Assembly (NCBI GenBank): GCA_965113315.1
Contig: OZ220375.1
Strand: one strand, 5' to 3'
Length of the DNA: 64,000 nucleotides
Source of the DNA: Podarcis vaucheri
Taxonomy: Eukaryota
Numbering within the stretch: the stretch's first letter is position 1; every line of letters starts with the position of its first letter. The translations under genes were made by a program, and so were the position numbers. The notes under the pieces are model-generated. The model did no database searches. It had not been told where the DNA came from and was given only the letters and a program-made list of their open reading frames with translations. Shown here in pieces: positions 33,901 through 45,600 of the stretch.

Positions 33901-34742
33901 GTCTACCCAAGGATATCAGCTTCTTGTCTTACAAAGAACCTTTGGGCATCAGTTTAGCCTGCTGCTCTCTTTCCCTTTCCTTGATCACAGCTCTGGTACT
34001 AGGTACATTTATAAAACACCATGACACACCCATTGTCATTGCAAACAACCGAAACCTCACATACACTCTCCTCATCTCTCTCCTGCTCTGCTTCCTTTGT
34101 GCATTGCTCTTCATTGGCCGACCTGAGAAGGTGACATGCCTCCTCCGACAAACAGCTTTTGGCATCATCTTCTCAACCGCTGTCTCTTGTGTCCTGGCAA
34201 AAACCTTCACGGTGGTTTTGGCCTTCATGGCTACAAAACCAGAATCCAGGATGAGGAAATGGGTGGGGAAAGGACTAGGCCACTCCATTCTCCTTTCCTG
34301 CTCCATTGTTCAAGCATGCATATGTACTGTGTGGCTGGCAACCTCTCCCCCATACCCAGATGTGGACATGCACTCAATGACAGAAGAAATTATACTAGAA
34401 TGTAATGAAGGGTCTGTGGCAATGTTTTTCTGTGTCCTCATCTACATGAGTTGCCTGGCAACTGTAAGTTTTGCTGTGGCTTTCCTCACCAGGAAGTTAC
34501 CAGACAGTTTCAACGAAGCCAAGTTTATCACTTTCAGCATGTTGGTCTTCTGCAGTGTTTGGCTCTCCTTTATTCCTTCCTACCTGAGCGCCAAGGGAAA
34601 ATATATGGTGGCAGTGGAGATCTTCTCCATCTTAGCCTCCGGTATTGGGCTGCTCGTTTGCATCTTTTCCCCCAAATGTTACATAATCATTCTGAGGCCT
34701 GAGCTGAACAATAGGGAACAGCTAATAAGGAAGAAAAAGTAA
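27714..34742 (+). CDS. V2R gene D (alpha subfamily), intact vomeronasal type-2 receptor, about 871 aa
   Basis: Exons 27714-27931, 28691-28982, 30192-31040, 31791-32018, 33235-33361, 33841-34742; total 2616 nt in frame. Confidence 0.95.
28043..28590 (+). mobile_element. CR1 LINE ORF2 C-terminal fragment
   Basis: KCQVLHLGR...LEKD.G...LRPHLEYC.Q...DIDKLQHVQ motifs in ORF 28032..28637. Confidence 0.9.
28691..28982 (+). CDS. V2R gene D exon 2
   Basis: 292 bp. Confidence 0.93.
29018..29150 (-). mobile_element. Penelope-like short element, truncated hammerhead motif
   Basis: gtagccgtgtt...tagcaccttagagaccaact...ggtatgagctttc; absent from gene C. Confidence 0.65.
29339..29470 (+). mobile_element. 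Penelope-like short element with mutated hammerhead motif
   Basis: 12-bp TSD acacacattaag (29327 and 29471); ctgaaga-stem-aaaagctcatac. Confidence 0.7.
30192..31040 (+). CDS. V2R gene D exon 3
   Basis: 849 bp; 12-bp in-frame deletion relative to C. Confidence 0.93.
31791..32018 (+). CDS. V2R gene D exon 4
   Basis: 228 bp. Confidence 0.92.
32340..32595 (+). mobile_element. Squam3-type CORE SINE with (CTT)n tail
   Basis: gagccagtgtggtgtagtggttaag head, gtgaccttgggc CORE, (ctt)n tail, TSD ttcacaga; empty site in gene C near 19540. Confidence 0.85.
33235..33361 (+). CDS. V2R gene D exon 5
   Basis: 127 bp. Confidence 0.92.
33841..34742 (+). CDS. V2R gene D exon 6 (7TM)
   Basis: 902 bp open to TAA. 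Confidence 0.95.
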
Positions 34743-35997
34743 AGACTTAAGAAACCTGTCCTTTCTGCATTTTGTACTTTTCTCTGTGTGTACAATAGAA
34801 TATTTGCAAAGATGTGTTCAGCAGTTGCCTTACATAATTTTTTCTAGACCTGGTGATTCATGATAGTTAGTCATAAATATTGACTATTGAATTCACTCCG
34901 GAGAAAAGAGTGAATAGGTGATTAACCTCTCTTGCTCTGAAAAAGCCATTTTATGTGTTGGGGAACCAAGATGCTGTCAGCTCCCAGGAATCCTGGCAAA
35001 GTTAAGAGACTTATCAGAAGAAGAATCAGCATCTTGCCCCAAAGCCACATGAAACTCCACAGTTTCCCACAGATTTCGGTTTCACTTTGCAGCCAGCACG
35101 TCCAAAAAAAGGACCAAGAGTTTAAAGTAATATAAAATGAAAATTCTTAACAATCAAAACACCCTTCCCTGTTTATAATCTTTCTTACCTGGAAACAATA
35201 AAAAAGGCTTTTTGTTTTGTTTTGCTAAAAATGGTGTCTTCTTATGCCAGCTGTCAGCTCACATTCCAAGTGAAATTTTCCATTAGCAGACAGATAACAC
35301 CAGTTGTAATTTATCAGAGTCTCAAAAGTAATTTAAATAATGGATATTTACCTGACCTAATGCTCCGTTTGTTTATCTTTGGGGCTATTATGTGGTGTTT
35401 GGGCCTTTCTCTACATCACTCACCCCATCTGAAAATTTATTGGTCTTCACTTTGTGAAGCAGCTTTTTTTTAGAGCACCATATCATTAACCAATACATAA
35501 CTGCATCTGTTAATGGAGTGTCAGCAGTAGATGACAATTGAACCATCTTTGCTCCCGGAAGCCTTCACTCTCTTGGTCTCCCGTTCAGGATGACTCCGAG
35601 AAGACTTTGGCTGAAAAGCAATAAACATGTTTTCTTTAGTCATATTGCAGAGACTCGACAACCCATATCAAGTGATTACCTCACTTGTAATTATCCCATT
35701 ACTCCTAATAGCATCCTTCCGACACCCTCAGGACTTATTCTGGCCACATGCAAAATGCTAAAATTAAGACTATTAATAAGGAAGGTCCTATTAAGAACTA
35801 TGAACTATTCAGAGCTGGTTATATGGAAACACAGAGAATCATCATTGTGATGACCCTTTTTTATATATTGTACTATTGTGGCTTTGCATCATCTGAGGCA
35901 ATGACCATTCAAGCTGCTGGCTTTGCTATTCAGGATCATTTGAATAGCAATGGTAAAATAGTTAAATTTGTGCCAAAAATAAATAATCCCTTGCAAG

Positions 35998-38900
35998 ATG
36001 GTAGGGTTTTTATTGCAGGTGGTATTACTGCCGATACAGAGCTTGTGCAAGTTTCTTCCTCTTCCTCCATGTTCTGTCAGAGAGCCAGTCTGTATTCTTC
36101 ACAAATATTATCAGTCAGGAGATCTCATCATTGCTGGCATTATTTCTCAGATCTACATATTTTCAGATACCCTATCCTTTGAAAAACACCCATCTCATAC
36201 TATGAATCAGCAGCTCTTTGCTGGTTGAAAGATTGGCTACTTCTGGAGAATACAGACATTTTAGATTTGGAAGGGTTTAACAATGTTTTCGGGTGGCATG
36301 CATATATATGGTATGACAAGGTGAAAGTTCATAAAGCTTTTAAAAATCACATTGTAAGGAAAGCACTATACAATGTTTGGATTAGATATAAAGATTTGTT
36401 GGAAAATAGAACCCCAAGGTGGTTATCGCCAATGGAGGCAAAAGCCGTGAAAAAGCTGAACATGGAGGCCAAATGGCCAAAATATTGGGAAATTTTGGAA
36501 CAAGAGGGAGATAAACTGAAGCTACAGAGTTATGAGAAATTGAAGGTTAAAGTACGAGATTGGCTCCATTATTATCAAATAATGGAGGTCTACAAGCAGG
36601 ATAGGAAAATTGGCTTCCAGGTGGAAAAATCAAAATTAGAAACAGAATTGTTAGAACCCAATACTAATAATCTGTCAAGAATGTACACTTGTTGCTGAAA
36701 TGGAATACACAAGATGAAACAGTGAAATCAGCTATGATAAAATGGGCACAAGACATTGGTCATAACATTATGTTTGCTGACTGGGAACAGTTGTGGATCA
36801 CCGGTATAAAATTTACGGCATGTAATGCCTTGAGAGAGAATATTATGAAAATGATATATAGGTGGTACATAACCCCAGTCAAGCTAGCAAAAATCTATCA
36901 TTTGCCTGATAATAAGTGTTGGAAATGTAAAGAAACTGAAGGTACTTTTTTTCACCTTTGGTGGACGTGCCCGAAGATTAAGGCTTTCTGGGAAATTATA
37001 TATAATGAAATGAAAAAGGTACTTAAATGTACTTTTCCTAAGGAACCAGAAGCCTTTCTCTTGGGCATTGTCGGCCAATCGGTACCAAAGAAAGACAGGA
37101 CTTTTTTTATGTATGCTACTACAGCAGCAAGAATTCTCATCGCAAAGTATTGGAAGACACAGGATCTACCCACTCTGGAAGAATGGCAGATGAAGGTGAT
37201 AGACTATATGGGACTGGCTGAAATGACTGGCAGAATCCGAGACCAGGGGAAAGAGACGGCGGAAGAAGATTGGAAGAAATATTGTAAAATTAATGAGGGC
37301 TAAAATGTTGAAGTTATAGAAAACAGGGGATTACAGCTGTGGAAGATTAAGTAAAAGAAAAGAACAAGGGAAAATTAGATAAAAGTAAGGGGGAGGATTT
37401 GCTGAAATAAATTTGGGAATTGGAATGCAAAAAGGGGAGGTACGGGAAAGTTAGTGAAGCAAGGTTTAAGAAAAAAGGATTCGAAATTATACATGTTTGT
37501 TTATGTTTTTGTATGTTTGTATTGTGTATTGTTTGTGTTTATATAAATTGTGAAAAACCAATAAAAATTTTTATAAAAAATTAAAAAAACAAAAACACCC
37601 ATCTCAGGAATTTTCAGATGACCATATGTAAGTTGGAATTTTTAAAACCCATATTATAAAATGATGTTATTCACAGCCAACCTAGTCCTTGGGGTTGGAA
37701 TTCCACTGGATATAGCCAGTGGGCTAGCAAATTATTGGAGCTTCAGTTGTACCAATTGATTTAAGTCTACCCTACTTGTGTTTATATACGTAGTTCTAAT
37801 GTTTGTCTTCACATGGCCATCCTGTGTCCCTATGGGATACCATGAGTAAATTCTAAATACATGCAGCATGGGAGTTAAACAAGCCATTTTCATTTCTCTT
37901 CCATTTTTGATGAGGCTGGCAGATTTAAAGTGGTTGGACTGCAATATAGAATCACATTTTGAATGTCAGATTCACTTGGGGTTTTGAAATAAAAAATGAT
38001 AATATACCTATATTGATTAAGCCTCTAAACAAAGGAATAAGAATTCAGAACAATCTGTGATTTCAATGCTAAGGGCACTGCATAAATCCAGTACATGAAG
38101 CCATAAGGATGTTCCTTGTTCATCCCCCTCTAGTCTACAGGATTATTCTTGAAGTTTCACCCTAGTATTCTGCATGACAAGATAGCTTTTCTAAAGATAT
38201 GTATATCACTGCTGAATTTTCATGATGGTTTTTTTAATATAAATGCAACATGATGTGATCATGCAGAAAATTAAATTAGGAAAAAAGTAACTTCAATAGG
38301 TTCACATGTGTGCTAATGATACTTTTACAATTTTTTGTATGCATCACAAATACATAGTGGGGATAGAGAAGAGGATTTAGCTGGTGGGTTACACCTTGAG
38401 TTACCCCATTCCATACACCACCTTCATAGGGACAGAGGTGCCCATATGTCGGTCATCTGATACTTACTTTATGGTTTCAAGCAGTTTCTTGAACTTTCCC
38501 ATCCCTGATATAGTCTATAACGTGAAACCTTGGAAATATGCTTATGGCTTGTCCAAGATGGCATGTTGGGCCAATCTCCAAGGCCTGGTAGAACAGAGGT
38601 TTCCCACTACAGATCTGTAGTATGCAAAGTGAGAGTTTAACACAATTTAATGTATTGAAACCCATAGCTATACTCCATTCCAAGATATGTACCAAGCTCA
38701 TTTGAATCTAAAGAGAATTCCCAACATAGGAAATTCCCCTCACATAAAATGTGTGTACTTTTAGCTTGGCGAGGTAAGAATAAGTAGATGTGCATTCAAT
38801 GCATTCTATACAAGCTGTTCAACTAATGTAAAGCAGCATTCATGTATCCTGGGTGGAATACAAAGAAAAATGCATAACTTCACTTATAGAAATACTGTCG

Positions 38901-40487
38901 CATTTTTCAACAATATTATTTCAAGGAAAGGTTGGAGAGTGTCTTCCACAGCTGATTCTACATATATTTGCACAGTGACATGAACTTAATCTCACTGGGT
39001 AAACTTTGAGGCAAGTATGTCATAGGCCAGATTCCTGATGATGAGAGGATGCAGAATTCCATACCGTTCTTGATTTTGTCACAATGAATAAGCACCAGAA
39101 CATCAGTAGAAAGCAGGGCCAGAATAGAAGCACTCAGCTCTTTTCTTGACATCATACGCCTCCCGCCTACTTCTGTGTGCGCAGTACACTCTGCTAATTG
39201 CATGCCCTGGCTTCTGAAGTCTGGGCTACTGATTTATGTCAGAGCACGGGCTGATGGGAGGAGACGTCCAAGCTGGGCTTGCCAGCTGGCCTCCCAACCC
39301 CTCTACATGTCGACAGGTATGTGATGCTCTTTGTAAGTCTGTGCTTCTCCTTGTAGTAAGGTTGATACCACTAATTCTATTTGTCTTGAAGATGCAAAAG
39401 AACAAAAGTGGGGAGGAAGGAGTGGTAGGAAGACTGCCATGACTGAGGTGTGTTTTGAGTAAACAACCACAGCTGGCTGCACCTTGTTATCGTGCTCAAA
39501 AGGCATATTTTCTAAGACTGTATCACATTTGCAAACTCAAATTAGGAGTGGATATAAATTGATGTTCAGATGTAATCACAGTTTTTCAAATCTAATCCAA
39601 ATCACTCTCTCTCATATCCTTTAACATTTTTGAAATATTATTTAGCTCATATATAGCTCTGCTCCAGTCATTAATAAAAAAACTGAAGGGATTTTCTTCT
39701 ACCAAATGTGAACCACCTATATAAAGGGATTCTCCACTTACTGTTGCATTTTGCATGGACATGGATTGGGATGCTTTCTCAGGATGATGACACTATAGAG
39801 AAGTTTAAAGAGGACATGTTCCCATTGTTTTCCAAAAAGGGCATCTGCTTTGACTTCATAGAGAAATTCCCCAAACAAACTTCTTCTAGTGATTTTGGCG
39901 ACATGGTAGAAGAGGGCTTGAAATCTATCAAAGTTGTTATGGAAAGCACTGCCAAAGTTGTGGTTGTATATGGAGAAATCGAGAGTATAATGGCAATGAG
40001 ATCAATGCACCAGCTTTTACAATTTGCAAATATATCAATGAACATCCAGACAAAAGTCTGGATTATGACAGCTCAGGTGGATTTCACATCATTTCCATTC
40101 CAAAGATGTTCAGACATAAATTTCCTCCATGGTGCTGTATCTCTTGCAATTCATTCAAAGGAGGTGTCAGGATTCCATAAATTTATTCAGCATAGGAACC
40201 CTTACTCAGAAAACAATGATGGTTTCATAAAGGACTTCTGGGAAGAATCATTCAGCTGTACATACCCCAATTCTTTTGTAGACAAGATGAACAAGAAAGT
40301 CTGCACTGGGGAGGAGAAGATAGAGACCCTTCCCGCATCTGTTTTTGAAATGTCTATGACAGGAAATAGCTACAGCATCTACAATGCAGTCTATGCAGTG
40401 GCACATGCATTCAGTACAAGGCATTCATCCCAAGTCAAACACAGAGCAATGGCAGATGGAGTAAGATTGGACCAACAACCATGGCAG
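35998..40487 (+). pseudogene. V2R pseudogene E (beta subfamily)
   Basis: Exon 1 (35998-36197 plus 37607-37627) split by L1; exon 3 39646-40487 has a frameshift near 39709; exons 2 and 4-6 not found. Confidence 0.9.
36198..37590 (+). mobile_element. 5'-truncated L1/Tx1-clade LINE
   Basis: ORF2 C-terminus with CCHC knuckle CWKC...H.WWTC, AATAAA 37560, A-rich tail, 16-bp TSD aaaaacacccatctca. Confidence 0.92.
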
Positions 40488-41235
40488 GTAATGTCCTGCT
40501 CATGATTTTAAAGATTGAGGTATACTCCCATATTTGTAGGTGCAAAAATTTCCCATTGCATGCATCTCCATCCAAGACCTTTAGCAACTATTCACTGATT
40601 TTATGGCAATTTCTACTCTATGGTAGAAAAAGGGAGGAAAGACCTGATGTTAGAGCTGGGAAAAAGTATCATTTCCTTTCTCCAGTTCATTTTGGGTTTT
40701 ATTTTTTAAAAAAATAATGTGGGGGGGCAGCTCTGGTTTAGGGCGACCTAAGCTTAAGCTTGAGCTCTGGCTCTGGCTCTGGAGTGGTTGGCTATCGGAC
40801 GGTGTAGGGGATATCGGGCAATTGCCCTAAAAAAGTTCAAGAACTCTTTCGCCCAGATTTTTACCTCTTGAAATGGGGCATAAGGAATCAAGTGGTGGAA
40901 TGGGAAAGGGAAAGAGAGGAGAGAGAAAGGAAATGGGCAGCTTCTGACTAGGCACTGGGCCTTGGAGTTTGAAGAAGCCATTCCAGATTAGCCTAGAATG
41001 GTGGTTGTGTTGGGGGTGGATGTGTTTAAACTGTCTCTTCAAGCCTAAAAGCCAGGACAAACTCAAAGCTTCCTCTCCTCATTTTAGTCAGCCCCCTTTT
41101 ATTTCAGTGATTATGGGGTAAGTGGGTAGGTGGAGTCTTCAGTTTTTTTCTAGGGCAGAAATTACTGGAAATACAGAGGCAAAAGCACATTTTCATAGAT
41201 GTCACATTATCTCTACTGTGCTGTACTTGGAACAA

Positions 41236-41578
41236 GGGAGCGGGTGGGGCTGTCGTCTAAACCACCGGTTCTCTTGGGTTTGCCAATTGTAAGGACAGCA
41301 GTTTGAATCCGTGTAATGGGTGAGCTCCTGTTCCTCAGTCCCAGCTCCTGCCAACCTAGCAGTTCAAAAGCATACCAGCGCAAGTAGAACAGCATTTCCA
41401 TGAGCCCTATCACTCATCCCGGCATCCAGTTGTGCCAGAAGCACTTTAGTCATGCTGGCCACGACCCAAAAAGCTGTCTGTGGACAAACACCAGCTCCCT
41501 CGGCCTGAAGCAAGATGAGCCACATAGTCAAACTTTACTTAACCATCCAGGTGTCCTTTGCCTTTGCCTTTGCCTTTA
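41236..41578 (+). mobile_element. Sauria SINE
   Basis: Head, core and (gccttt)n tail; direct repeat tacttggaa on both flanks. Confidence 0.85.
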
Positions 41579-42120
41579 CTTGGAAGGGCATATGTCAAAA
41601 TCAAGCACTATCTCAGGGGCATTGTGGGAAAGGATAGGTGGGGTATAAATAAGTTGTTGTTGTTTCCCACAGATTCCCACAGATTTTGGTTTCATTTTGC
41701 AGCCAGCACTTCCACAAAAGGGACAAAGAGTTAAAAGTAATATAAAATGAAAATTCTTAACAATCTAATTTCCAGTTAGCAGACAAATCACATCAGTTGT
41801 AATTTGTCACAGTCTCAAAAGAAAATTAAAGAATGCAGATTTAGCTGACCAATGCTCTGTTAATCTTTGGGGCTATTACATGGCGTTTGGGCACAATGGA
41901 GGTTCCACGCACTACATCATTCACCCCATTTGAAAATCCATAACTCCCTTGATTTTAATGGGCCTTCTCTGGTTATGACTTGGATTAGACATCACCGTTT
42001 CAGAAACATGTGAGTATAATTAATCATTTTTTATTGATTTAAAGTCCTTCTGTTTCCTATTTTCTTTAAAAAAATCCAGTGATACATGAAAGACAAGAAA
42101 AGAAGAAGGGATTTAGAAAA

Positions 42121-42460
42121 GGCTTTGGCTGAGATAAACATGTTTGCCTTAAAATATTACACAGAAGCTGTAATTCAAAGCAAGTGATTACCTCTCCTGT
42201 AATTATTCAGAATTACATCTTCTCCCCTTCCCTGGGGACCTCCTCTGCCCACATGAAAAACAATGAAACTAAGACTGGAAGGTCTTATTAATAACTATCA
42301 ACTATACAGAGTTGGGTCTATAGACATACGGAGATTGATCAGTCTGACTTTGAATCAGCTGTGTGAGTGACCATTCGAGTTAGCCTTTGCTGCTCAGGAT
42401 ATCAGGAATGGCAGTAGCAGAAAATGTGAACTTGTGCATAAATGAAGAACCCCTTTCAAG
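42121..42460 (+). promoter_or_regulatory. Putative promoter of V2R gene F
   Basis: TAATTA 42200, TCCCTGGGGA 42229-42238, CACATG 42250, TATTAATAA. Confidence 0.6.
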
Positions 42461-42681
42461 ATGGTAGTGTTTCGGTTGCTAGTGCTCTTACTGTTGGTGC
42501 AGGGGATGTGCACGTTTCTGGATATTTCTCAATGTTCCATCAGAGAACCTGTCCCTGTTCTTCACAAATATTATCAGTCAGGAGACCTCATCATTGCCAG
42601 CATTATTTCTCAGATCTACATATTTTCAGATACCTTAACCTTTGAAAAACACCCATCTCAGGAATTTTCAGATGACCATAT
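42461..42681 (+). CDS. V2R gene F exon 1
   Basis: 221 bp, AT|gtaagt. Confidence 0.9.
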
Positions 42682-45600
42682 GTAAGTAGCTGGATTTGGA
42701 GGGAGGCGGGGACATAGTACATCATAAATAAATTTACAGCCAACCCAGTCTGCCTGTTGGGATTTGCCTTCACCTGGATTTGCCTCCAATGGAATGAGAA
42801 ATAGTTGGACCTCATTTCTTAACATCCACCACATTTGATCTTACAGGCAGGAATCTGATATCTAAACCCATTCTCTGGAGGTTATGTAAACACAAAATGG
42901 CAATAAACAGTGTATTGAGCAAGATAATATTTGTGTTCTCTCTCCATTTCACTTTGGGAGATTTGACAGAACTCCTGGAACTGATTTAAATAGGACTATT
43001 GATGGGACGCAGGTGGTGCTGTGGGTAAAAGCCTCAGCGCCTAGGACTTGCCGATCGAAAGGTTGGCGGTTCAGATCCCCGCGGCGGGGTGCGCTCCCAT
43101 CGCTCGGTCCCAGCGCCTGCCAACCTAGCAGTTCGAAAGCACCCCCGGGTGCAAGTAGATAAATAGGGACCGCTTTATAGCGGGAAGGTAAACGGCGTTC
43201 TGTGTGCTGCGCTGGCTCGCCAGATGCAGCTTGTCACACTGGCCACGTGACCCGGAAGTGTCTGCGGACAGCGCTGGCTCCCGGCCTCTAGAGTGAGATG
43301 AGCGCACAACCCTAGAGTCTGTCAAGACTGGCCCGTACGGGCAGGGGTACCTTTACATTTACCTATTCTAAAAAGGTCATTGAATTTCATGACACTCTTC
43401 ATATCCACATATAGAAGTTAGTATTTTTTTAATTTTCATGTCCTATATATTTGTTGTGAATGCAGTGAGAAACATTGCAAAATTCATTTATTTGCTGTGA
43501 AATGAAGGTATACCCTGACTAATTGGCATTGCTTACTCAAATTTGTGAAGGAATAAATCAGATTTTATCTTGCAAGATTTACTGTATTTCACAGAACACA
43601 GCAGTCAAAATTGCTAAACCATTGGCCGAGTTCAACCATTATTATTTTTTAGCCTTCCCCCTTTACTAAAGCCTAAGCAGTTGATTAAGAAAGCACGTTC
43701 ACTGCTGGGGATAATAATCATTTGAAGAATAGATAGGGAGTGATTTTCCTACTCATAGCGATGCTGGCTTGGTCACACATTAGTCTATACAGGTCAGTCG
43801 AAGAATTTAAATTCATATTTTGATTTACCCATTTCAAATACTCATTTTTCTATTACAAGCTTTATTTAATTTTTTAAAACATTTACCAAGGATAAATATT
43901 GGCTTCCAGAACAAATGCTTATACAGATGTCGAGTCTTGCACGCAGACATCCACATGGCATCAAAACAGGCTTGAAACATATTTTACATTAGAAAGTAAA
44001 CACACCCAAAGGGTATACTTAAAACTAGAGCATGAAGATAATTTCTCCATAGTGACTGCTGTGGGCCTACGTAATTTTTAACCCATTCTTAGAAAAACCC
44101 AAACAAAAATGCTACATTTGTATTTGCTTATTAGGATGTGTATTCTGTGTGAATGAAGAACATGCAGACTACAAGTAACTTTTGACAGGCAGATATTAAA
44201 CAAACAAAACACCTCATCCAGATTCCCTAGAGGCCAGAATAAATAAAAACACCTTATTGAATTATGTCTTCTATAGATATACTAAGAGACTCTCTAAGAA
44301 GTCCTGGAAGTTGAGATGGTTTTAAGAGACATCATAGATTCATGAGCCAGTTTACTTTTACACGCCTGTGAAATGTTAGATTACAACCTGTTTTTGTACA
44401 ATATCTGAACTGATATTGAATTGAAAAGCGGTCTATGTTATGGTCTGAAGCAGATGAACCTTGATGCAGCATGTAACTCTCAATACAGGGTGCTGACTCA
44501 CCTATACCAGCACATCCTGGCCTTGGCATTTGCTGTAAAGGAGATCAATGAAAATCCCCAGATCTTGCCCAACGTCACCCTGGGCTTCCACATTTATAAC
44601 AGCCATTTCAGTGCAAGCTGGACTTTTGAAGCCTCAATGGAGCTTCTCTCAAGAAGGGCCAAGGCCATCCCTAACTATAAATGTGATGCTGAGAGCACTC
44701 CAATAGCAGTCATTGGGGGACCTAACTCTAATGTCTGTGTTCATATGGCGCCCATCCTGTCTACCTACAAGATACCACAAGTAAGATGCAAATTCAGTCA
44801 CACCTCAATTTCACTGAATTCACGCTTTCAGAAGCAATACATGCAGTGCAGTCATTCTTTGAAATTCTCACTTCTCTTGATTTTGCAAAGCAGTTCTCCA
44901 GTCAAATAATGTGTCCAAAAAAGCACAGATTAAGGTAAAGTGTGCATAAAAAATTCACATTTGTAAAAATATCCTTCAAATGCATTGTATTCATGAAATT
45001 GCTTTGCAGAAATGTGCATGTTAGGTAAAATTTGCATCCAGGTTTTGTATTTTAGGAGAAATTTAATCCTGCAGTCTGTAGGGTCTACTTAACCAGCATG
45101 GTCCCTGTCAGAAATGAAGAGAATAGGGAGACTAGCATGATGGTATCATCTACTCATCACTGGAGAATTCACTCCTGCAGAGTTCAGGGGTCTGCTAAGC
45201 AACTAGTTCTGAGATTTTGAATCACTTCATTTGCACTGAAATAGTGATTGCAATATTTTTAAAAAAAAAATTAATGCTGTCATTATTGTGAGCAGTTTTG
45301 AGGTCAGTTTTGTTGTTTGTAAAGCAAATGTAAATATTACTTAGAAATCACAACTCAAATAAAATATGTTCCCTCCAGGGAATGTGCTGGCAAAAATGTA
45401 TCCTACAGGATTGAATCTACTCATCTCTGCAGTATTATGGTAGTGGTTCAGCCATATGTTTATGTTATATTGCCTCCCACTGATAGATGCGATTGGCCTT
45501 CATTCACATTAATGCCTCCTAATATAAACATTGAAGGATGGATTGGGTTTCTGATGATGTTTGAGTATAATCACCACAATATGGCAAGCCTCTCACTAAA

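Noticed and set aside
37628-39645. Possible exon 2 of gene E, in either orientation
   Set aside because: No [10 protein letters not shown] / LPNVTLG-like sequence seen on either strand by eye; tBLASTn would be the decisive check
40720-41110. Compositionally distinct stretch after pseudogene E exon 3
   Set aside because: No termini, TSD or recognisable coding motif; probably a repeat fragment but I cannot support a call
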